DNA of 37,100 bases from Mesotaenium endlicherianum (lineage: Eukaryota), in contig WELA01000395.1 in assembly GCA_009602735.1 (NCBI GenBank), positions 205,199 to 242,298 on the forward strand. The letters run 5' to 3'. This document shows positions 1 to 8,629 of the stretch, piece by piece; within the stretch, counting starts at the first letter, position 1; each line of letters starts with the position of its first letter. The notes beneath the pieces were generated by a model. That model made no database searches. It was not told the DNA's origin and saw only the letters and a list, made by a program, of their open reading frames with translations. The translations under genes were made by a program, and so were the position numbers.

Positions 1-2528
1 ATCCACGCCCGCGCGCCCTGCGCATGAGCGCAGGATGATCAGCACTCCTAACGCCGCGTTTTTGGATAATTCGCAGGGAATCGTGCTCGTCAACACCCAG
101 GCGCCGCAGCGCATCATGTTCGACACAGGAGCGCAGCCGGTTCTCATCAGCCTCCGCTACTTCCGCCAGCTAGGACTCTCTTCTGCTGACTTGGAGGACT
201 CTCCGACGCGCATTAACACCGCCGCCGGCACGTTCGAGACCGTCGCCGGCCGCACGAGGTTGGCGCTACTGTTCACTCTGCGCCCACGCACAGCTGACGA
301 GACAACCATCCATCGGCACGCACTCGTCACTCCTTTCGAGTCCTTTGATGTGCTCCTAGGGCAAGACGTGCTCTTTCCCATTGGCGCCGCAGTCGACAAC
401 TGGACAGAGCGCGTCTTCTATCGTCCCGACTGGAGGACAGGGGGGACGCGCACCGCATCCTTGCCCCTTGACATTGTCGATCGCCGCCCAGCAGTGTCCG
501 CTCTTTATGGCTTCATGGGGCTGGACGATGGCCGGCCAGTGGTCAAGACCGGCCGGCCAGTGGTCAAGACCGCTAAGGACGGGCCTGAGTACGAGGAGAT
601 CTCTGTGGGGGTGGACCTGCTCGAGTCACAGGACAAGGAGCCGGACCTACCTAGTGCCGAGCTCCATCTCACGCCGCAGCAGCAGGCGGATGTCCTAGCC
701 GCCCAGGCCAGGGAGCAGATCCGCATCTGCACTGCCCACAGCGCGATGATGCGGCAAATGGCGGACGATGCCACTGAGGCCCTCGCCACGGCCAGCACAG
801 CCATCGCTGCCGCCGCCCTTGCTCGCGGTGCGGTCGCAGCGCCTACGGCTCATCAGGGAATCTCGGCCTCTCGAGGCGAACCGTCCGCGAGGACCGACGT
901 CCGCGTTCGCCACGACGTGCCTGTTGGCGTGGCCATTCAATACAGTATGGACTCTCAGCCGCCCCCGCACGACGCCTCGCATCAGACCGGCGAGACCTGG
1001 CCTCGCCCCACTGCATCCGAAGACGAGGCCATGCGGCAGGCAGCTTATCCTGGCAGATCCGACGACCAGTCCCTCAAAAATGAGGAGGAGACGCAGTGGG
1101 AACGACTGCCAGAGGCTTCCGTCGAGGTCCTCAGAGCGGCGCCACCCGAGGACACCCCGCCAGCTGCGCCTACGGCACGCAGGCAGCGCACACCTACTGG
1201 TCCGCCCGGCTTCAGCGCACCCAGCCAGCCCATGACTCACGACTCGCCCAGCAGGGCTCGCACCGACGCCGCTGGACCAAGCCGACCAATGTCACACGAC
1301 TGCTCCACGAGCCACGAGTGTCGCCACATCGCGCATTTGTTTGCAACGAGCCATGCCGCCGCGGCCTCCTCTAGCGCTGGCCCACACTCCATACAGCAGC
1401 CAGCGCCCAGGCTCAGCGTCCACGAGCCACACCGCGCGACCCCGTCGATCTGCGCCCATCTGACCTACGCACATCGCACTTGGCCGACCATCGGACCCGC
1501 TCGAGAGACCACCCCTCTCCGCGAGACGAGCCGCTCCCGATCGCTCACACCCCTTTGCGAGACGCGGGAGGTGACTCCCCTCCGCAAGACGCGAGCCCGC
1601 TCCGTCACGCCGCCCTACAACGACAGGGACCGCACACCTCCTTACGACGACACGTGGACCCGCGGGGACACGCCACCATACGACGACACTCGAGACCAAC
1701 GTCGCACTCCGCCCTTCCGGCCCCTCTCAGCTGGCGACAACGCCCAGTCTTCTTCCGAGGCGCATTTTGTGATGCTGACCCCTACAGCTCCGCGCGCCAG
1801 CGTCCCTCGCAGCCACATCGCTGGCGACGGTCCCTCCGGGTCACCTCCTCCCAAGGTGGCCCGCACCGACAGCAGGCCGCCTAGTCGTCACCCATTTACG
1901 GCCGCCGCACGCACACGGCTCATGTCTAGTTTTCGGCAGCCCCGAGACGCGCCCGTCCCACGAGGGCAGCCCTGGCCGCGAGTCCAGCTGGCCCCTCGCC
2001 GGCCAGTTTGATCCCCGCAGGAGGTCGACAGCTCCGAGCGCTCCGTCTGCACAGTCCCTTCTGCAGACATGCGCGCACGCCAGCGGGCCTACTTCGACCC
2101 GCATCCCTACTTGACTCCGCGTCCCGTTCTCGACCAGCTGGACCACGCGGCCTCGCACCAGACTGACCGCGCCCAGCGCGACAGGTGGCAGCAGCTGTGC
2201 GTGGCCTCGGCCCGACGTCAGGCCCGCACTGTCTCTCCCACAGCCCTGCAGGATGCGCGCCTGCGGTGGCGCACCTACCAGAACCACGCACGGGGGGAGC
2301 GTCCGCAGCCGCTCACTGACCGCATCCCCAGCCTTACGCGTGACTACGCAGACCGTGCTGTGGCCGCCCTCCGTATGGCGCCACATCAGCACAGCGCCGA
2401 GCGTACCTTCCCGCCGCCCGCTCAGCCCGGCACCCCTGCCGTGGGGTGTCGCCCACTTCCGACTCCTATCTGCGCAGACGCTCTAGACGAGCGNCTGCGC
2501 AGACGCTCTAGACGAGCGGCCTGGCGGC

Positions 2529-3476
2529 GTCGTCCTCGTTGAGCTCTTTGCCGGCATCGCCACCGGGTTACTTGCGACCTTACAGGCCGGCATCCCGGTG
2601 CGCCGCTACGTCTACGTCAATCCCGATCCTGAGGCCCAGCAGGTGGCTCGTCGGCAGATGGCGTTGGGCCACGAGCGGTTCCCTGACCTCCTTCCCGCGC
2701 ACGCATTCCGCCGCGCTCAAACAGACTAGCCCATGGACATCCGCGACGTCACCGTCGAGCATGTCACCCGACTTGGGCCCATTGATCTCGTCATCGCCGG
2801 TTGGGAGTGCCAGGGCTTCTCCAGAGCCGAGCGTGGCAGGGCGCTCCGCAGTCCCCGCACGGCCCTCTTCTGGCACTTGCTCCGCGTCCTCAACATTGTT
2901 GAGGATCGCCAGCCGCCACACACACTCACGTGAGTCCTGGAGAACGTGGCCGCGCGCCACAATCCCCGTCCCGATGTAAGCGCCGACTTTGCTCTTTGCA
3001 GCAGCTACATCGGCCGCGAGGCCGTCATCGTCACTGTCCAGATTGGTTCCTTCGCGCACCGCGTCCGCGCCTACTTCACAAACCTGGCGATGCCAGGTAC
3101 TCTCGAGGCGTTGGCCGCCTCTCATCCACGTCACACACGCACCGTCGACTCCATCCTCGATGCCCCTCGTCTGGCCCAGCGCGTGACGGCGCTGTCGCAT
3201 CCCTCCATGGCGCAGTGTGAGGTCCTGCATGACGTCACTCGCGCGCTGCCAACTTTTGTCAGTCGCTACGACAGCGACGCCTTCGTCGGAGATCAGCGCG
3301 GGATGGTCATCGACCTGGAGACTGGCATGTTTGACAGGCCACGCCCTGCAGAGATGGAGCGTGCCATGGGCTTCCCGCCGCATCTCACGCAGGTGGACGG
3401 TCTCACTGAGGTGAACCGCATTCGCCTCTTGGGGCAGGCGTTCGACGCCAACGTCCTCACGTGGATTCTGCTGCAT
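2529..3476 (+). pseudogene. C5 cytosine DNA methyltransferase domain (DNMT3-like) embedded in the retrotransposon pol
   Basis: Manual translation shows, in order: motif I VLVELFAGIATG (ELF at 2541), DIRDV, motif IV IDLVIAGWECQGFS (Cys 2808), motif VI VLENV (ENV 2940-2948), motif VIII SFAHRVRAYFTN (~3048-3083), motif IX EMERAMGFPPHLT (3351-3389) and motif X RIRLLGQAFDANV (from 3417). Two in-frame stops (2727, 2931). Confidence 0.92.
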
Positions 3477-6340
3477 ACGCAAGCCTTGGCGCCTCTCTAC
3501 GCCGCAGCCCGGCATCCCGAGCTACCTCGACCTGCCGATGATATGGACGATGACTCCACCGACGATGACAATCAGACCCCGCCAGGCACGACGTGGCATC
3601 CTCAGCGCGCAGGGCCTGCACCACCAGCGCGCACCCGCCCCCCCTCCCCACCGCCGCGCGGGGAGGACTCTGGTTCGCTGGGGGGGGGCCGGCGGAGAGA
3701 GGAGTCCTCACAGCGACCCAGGGAGTCCCAGTCACCTGTTCTTTTTCCTCGCTCACAGGCAGACGGTGACAGGCAGCTGGCCGCAGCTCCCACAGTGCAG
3801 GTACCCGCGGCAGGCCGAGCGCCAACCGCTGCAGGGGAGGTGACACCTGCAGCACCACAGTCTACCCCAGCGGCAAAACAAGAGACTCCAGCTGCAGGCC
3901 AGGCGACGCCACCAGCTCCACCGATATGGAAGCTTGGGGGGACACTCACCAAGGCACAGGCTGCACAGTTGACGGCACTGCTGGATGGGAGGCGCAGCAC
4001 CAGCTTTGCCAGCGGCATGCACGATCTCGGGCGCTACAGGGGGGACCCCATGCGGATTACTCTCACGTCGCAGGAGCCCATTTTCCTGAAGCGTTACCGC
4101 TACAGCCACTTCGAGGATGGCTTGATCAGCGCGCAGACATGCAAGCTGGAGGACAGCCGGCTCATTCGGGAGTCCTCCTCTCGCTATGCCGCACCCACGG
4201 TCATGCCAGCCAAGAAGGATGCCTCGGGCAACTGGTCCGAGAAGAGGATGTGCGGTGACTATCGTAGGCTGAACGAGGTCACCAAGCAGGACAGATATCC
4301 TATGCCGACGCCTGACGAGATCTTTGATGACATTGGCACGTGCACTTGGTTCTCAGTGCTGGATCTGCGTCAGGGCTTCAACCAGATTCCCATCGCCGAG
4401 GAGGACCAGCATAAGACGGCGTTCTGGGGAGCACAGCGGCTCTACGAGTGGGTGGTGATGCCGTTTGGGTTGAAGAACGCGCCAGCTACCTTTCAGAGGG
4501 TGATGNCCGCGCCAGCTACCTTTTAGAGGGTGATGGACAAGGAGCTGGCCGGGCTGTCCTTTGCCCGATGCTACATCGATGACGTGCTCGTCTTCAGTCA
4601 GACGTTTGAGGAGCACGTGGCGCACATCACTGCTGTCCTGGACCGCTTGGAGGCCGCTGGGCTCAAGTGCCATCCAGGCAAGTGCACTTTTGGGACCCGC
4701 GAGGTGGAGTACCTTGGCCACCTGCTCTCCTCCAGCGGCTTGGCACCCCAGCTGGCGAAGATCTCGGCCATCACAGGCATCCCACCTCCTACAGATCTCT
4801 CGCAGCTCCGGGCCTTCCTCGGCATCGCCAACTACTATCGCCGCTTCGTGCCAGGGTTCAGCAAGCTAGCCAAGCCGCTCAACGACTTGCTCCGCAAGGG
4901 CGTTGCCTACGTATGGGGACCAGAGCAGCAGGCGGCATTCGATAAGCTCAAGGAGCTGCTGGTGAGCGCTCCTGTGCTTCGGCGTCCTGACTACGCGAAG
5001 CCCTTCATCCTCCACACCGACTGGTCGCAGGCAGGGCTGGGCGCTGTGCTGGTGCAAGAGCATGACGGCTTCGAGCATGTGGTGGCCTACGCCAGCCGCA
5101 GCAACAACCGCGCGGAAGGCAACTATGGCTCCTACGAGGGGGAGTGCCTAGCAGCCGTCTGGGCGATCGTGCACTTCAGGCACTATCTCTACGGCACGCA
5201 CTTTCGCCTGGTCACCGACCATCAGCCACTTAAGTGGCTCATGACGTCGGAGCGCTTGACCGGCAAGTACGCACGGTGGGCGCTTATCTTGCAGGAGTAC
5301 ACCTTCGACGTGCACCACCGTCCAGGCTCGACCAACCTGGATGCTGACGGTCTCAGCCGTAACCAGCTGCCCTCCTCGAGGGATCTCACTGTTGCCCGCC
5401 ACGATGAGGATGAGCCGGTAGCCTGGCACGCGGCGGCCTTCCTGGCCTTCACCACGGACGGCGAGGTGCGACCCGCAGGGCTCACTAGCCTAGACTTGGT
5501 GATGATTGAGCACATGTCCAAGAGGATCGAGCTCGTGCCCTTGCCCAGCAAGGCCAGTGAGGGGATCGCTCAGGCCTTCCTCAATCAGGTCCTTAGCCGT
5601 TTTGGCGGCTGCGCTGAGGTGCTGACCGACCAAGGCAAGGAGTTCCAAGGCAGCTTTCAGAAGCTGCTGGAGCGCTCTATGATTGACCACCGCACCACCT
5701 CCCGCGATCATCCTCAGGCTGACGGCCTTGCCGAGCGCATGGTGCAGACCGTCAAGCTAGGGTTGCGAAAGTACTGCCTTGCCCACGACCGTACCTACTG
5801 GGACGACGCCCTCCCTTGGCTGGCGATGGGGTACAGGTTCAGTAAGCAGGCCTCCCTGGCCTCGCACTCTCCCTACTTCCTTCTCTACGGCCGACAGCCC
5901 ATCCTGCCAGCAGCAGCCAGGACTGTGGCCGAGAACGTCTTGGACTTGGACAGTCCCGAGACATGGAGTGCTCTTATCGGGCAGCGTGCTCAGCTCTTTC
6001 GGCGCCTGATGCCCATGGCCATGGATAACCTCAGCATCGCACAGCATCGCGACACATTGAGGTACGCCATGACTCGTGGAGGAGCCTATCATCCCCGGGT
6101 GTTGCAGTTTTCCGCAGGTGACTTCGTGTACCTGCGACGCCAGACAAAGAACACCCTCGATACCAGCAGCTCGTCGGTCATCCTGCGCGTCAAGCGTGCC
6201 TTGGCGTCAGGCGTCCTGGAGCTGGAAGGCGCAGATGGCGGTCTTCACAAGGACCACACAAGAACTGTGGGCCGTGCCACCTTCCTAACCTGGACTTGCA
6301 GGTCCGTCCCCGCGACGCGCGGCCGCCCAAGGACTGGGCG

Positions 6341-6475
6341 TGCCAGATCTGTCACAACACTGGCCAGGAGGCCAAGATGCTGCTTTGCGACAGTTGCAAC
6401 CTCGGCTTCCACATCGGCTGCCTCGACCCGCCGCTGGCCCGCGTGCCCGCTGACGACTGGTTCTGCGAAGACTGC
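6341..6475 (+). other. PHD finger (C4-H-C3) at the integrase C-terminus
   Basis: CQIC...MLLCDSCNLGFHIGCLDPPLARVPADDWFCEDC; all eight zinc ligands present with canonical spacing. Confidence 0.95.
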
Positions 6476-6521
6476 ACTGAGCTAGCCTTAGGTAGCGTAC
6501 ACAGCCCATCAGCTAGAGGCT

Positions 6522-6538
6522 GAGAGCTGGGGGGGGAA
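6522..6538 (+). promoter_or_regulatory. Polypurine tract (plus-strand primer) of the Gypsy element
   Basis: GAGAGCTGGGGGGGGAA at and just after the pol stop codon. It is followed by TT rather than a canonical TG LTR start. Confidence 0.6.
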
Positions 6539-6639
6539 TTAAAACATTTGACGCTTGACTCCCTTTTTGGCTATAAGGCCATTTGTATTATAGACTTCAT
6601 TGCAGCAAAGCCTGCTTGTCTATTGTGTGTTGCTTATGC

Positions 6640-7188
6640 CGACAAGGCGCACCCGATCTCTTAACGCACGACAACTCCCAGACCAAGGGCCGCCGTGTGG
6701 ATATTGTCTGCATGGCGAGAGAGTCGGCGGCGCGCACATTGCTGGATGTGGTTGTGGCCAATCCTCTCGAGGGTGGTATCGTGGAGTTGGCTTCATCTAC
6801 AGTAGGGGTGGCGGCGGCGATCAAGGAGAAGGCCAAGACTCTCAAGTACAGCGACACTCCAGTCGGCGACACCTTTGTCTCACTAGCGCTGGAGGTTTTT
6901 GGGACATTAGGCACCAAGTTCCACGACTTCCTCAACCTTTGCGCTGAGCGCACAGTCCCCCTCAGCTTCAGTGTCTCTAGTGACGATGCCGGTTACAGGG
7001 ACTTGGTCAACGCGATCAAGCGAGAGTACCGCCAGCTAGTCGATTGTAGTCTACAGAGAGCTCAGGCTTCTACCATTCACGAGCGTGCAGCTAGTGCCCT
7101 ATCTAGGACTGTGCATCGACCCCCAGTACCTCTCGTTTCATTTTCCCTTGCTGATGCCTTAGCAGTTCTCGGTCCTCGCGGTCTTTAG
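6640..7188 (+). mobile_element. 5'-truncated non-LTR retrotransposon fragment with a restriction-like endonuclease (RLE) domain, CRE/NeSL-like
   Basis: RRVDIV...LLDVVVANP...AAAIKEKAKTLKY...FVSLALEVFG...CSLQRAQA follows the R(P)D..D.V..P...E..K..KY...E..G...S.LQR pattern of RLE-clade LINE C-termini. No RT is retained; the 5' boundary is approximate. Confidence 0.8.
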
Positions 7189-8629
7189 TAGATGAGTATG
7201 GACCTTCATGTTATTTCGGAGCTCGCTCCCATTTAATTAATTCATACGCCTTTTTTTTTTCCTTAAATGAGTTGGGTGGGATCTTCAAGCGTCTAGATGA
7301 TTGTCGCGACCGACAGTCATTGACGGTTTGACGCGTGTAGCGGAAGTCAAGGCGAGTCAAGGTACAATGCGTCGACCACAAGAGACCAGGGTAGGAGGAC
7401 CTCTTTGAGGTCAATCCAGAACCTAGGCCTGCTATATATGGACTAGTATATTTGTATATAAGTTGCGATATTTAGAATCTAATTTTATTTTCAAAAACAT
7501 CAATGTGTAATGGTGTGGTGAGATATATTGACTCCTGAGCTCTGAAGTGCGTCCAGGACACGACAAGGCTTGGCATCTTCGAGAATTCCAAATTCCTACA
7601 TCCTTTGACTCGTACTTGTGTGCGACCATGACATTCCTTTGGGCCGCTTGCAGCCATTATTGCTCCACGTTTCCTTCACTTCTTGTCCGATCAAGTTCGT
7701 CACGTACTTCCTCTTGGAAGTTTCATTCTTGACAAGATTTTAGTATCGTCAGAGAACGTGACAACTAGTCAAAAATTCCTTGGCACGCAATGGTCAACGC
7801 CGTCGACCGAAGAGACAGGTATTAATGGCTTCCAGCCAGCTTCCAGCAACTTCAAGAGAAGCTTGTGATGACGGGTGGCAATAACAAGTGACGCAGCTGG
7901 TGCAAAGCTGGTGATCGGAAGACTGAAGCCGGCCAGTAGATGGCGCCTGAGGCCACGAAGTTACCGGAATGATTCTGCAAAATTAGATATAACACGTCTT
8001 ATGAAGGCGACAGGTGGGACCTGTGTCACACCAACCAACTCTTGTAGCGGCTGATGAAACAGCCGTATACTTCCAAAACAGCATTCGTCATGCTTCATCT
8101 GTCGGTAGTCAATATGGCAGATGGCAGGGCCTGAGCGCCTGTTGAGAAACAGCCGATTGACAGGCTGCTTCTCGTGCCAGCTCTACAGGCTGCAGGCTGC
8201 TGCAGGCCACTCCAGGCCGAGGGCCACCGAGGGCGACGATGATCGTCTGCTAGACGCGCCGTTGTAGACTTTCGTGTAGATATGTCCGAAGGTTGTGCTG
8301 AGTCGACAGCTAGCGGCAATCAAATGCATTAAGGTCCCACTTGGTGTCTGTCTTTGACACTCTTCAACGTCTCAGAACTACTTGGTGCTACCTGTAGCTA
8401 GCTGTACCTGGCAACGTTACGCAGCTGCATAGCCAACTCCTCTGCCATCTTTCATGAGCTGGTAATCATCCGTCTTAGCGCGGTCCAATATTAGAGCAGG
8501 TACCGTAGGAAAGATTGTTAACAGTGGAACAATTTCTACAGCAGCGGCACTGTCTGATTTGTCTAAAGCGGCCTAAGAACTTAGATTTACGTATCTCGTA
8601 TCCCCGCGAGAGTTTAGACGTTGGTCGCA

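Larger units (their letters stand above)
35..6523 (+). pseudogene. pol: Single pol polyprotein reading frame, interrupted by stops (TGA 2009, TAG 2727, TGA 2931), two assembly-overlap insertions (2494-2518, 4506-4535) and a frameshift near 6256-6261
   Basis: ORFs 35..2011 and 2069..2542 share a frame, with open codons between them. Removing N plus the duplicated 24 nt at 2494-2518 joins that frame to the frame of ORFs 2733, 2946 and 4530. After KDH the frame shifts into KNCGPCHLPNLDLQVRP...PHD. Confidence 0.85.
1..6538 (+). mobile_element. Ty3/Gypsy LTR retrotransposon internal region (pol: protease - C5 DNA methyltransferase - RT - RNase H - integrase - PHD finger), decayed; gag and 5' LTR presumably upstream of the window
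   Basis: Aspartic protease FDTGA (D codon 122). RT motifs RMCGDYRRLN, LDLRQGFNQI, MPFGLKNAPATFQ and YIDD (4572-4583). RNase H motifs TDWS...VAYASR...TDHQPL...ADGLSR. Integrase motifs LTDQGKEF and ADGLAERMVQ. RT-RH-IN order is Gypsy type. A G-rich polypurine tract follows the final stop. Confidence 0.95.

Noticed and set aside
2580..3515. 311-aa antisense ORF and other overlapping ORFs across the Gypsy element
   Set aside because: Expected shadows of GC-rich coding sequence; no motifs.
6256..6262. Programmed frameshift producing the integrase-PHD fusion
   Set aside because: No slippery heptamer is visible; a 1-nt deletion in a decayed copy is simpler.
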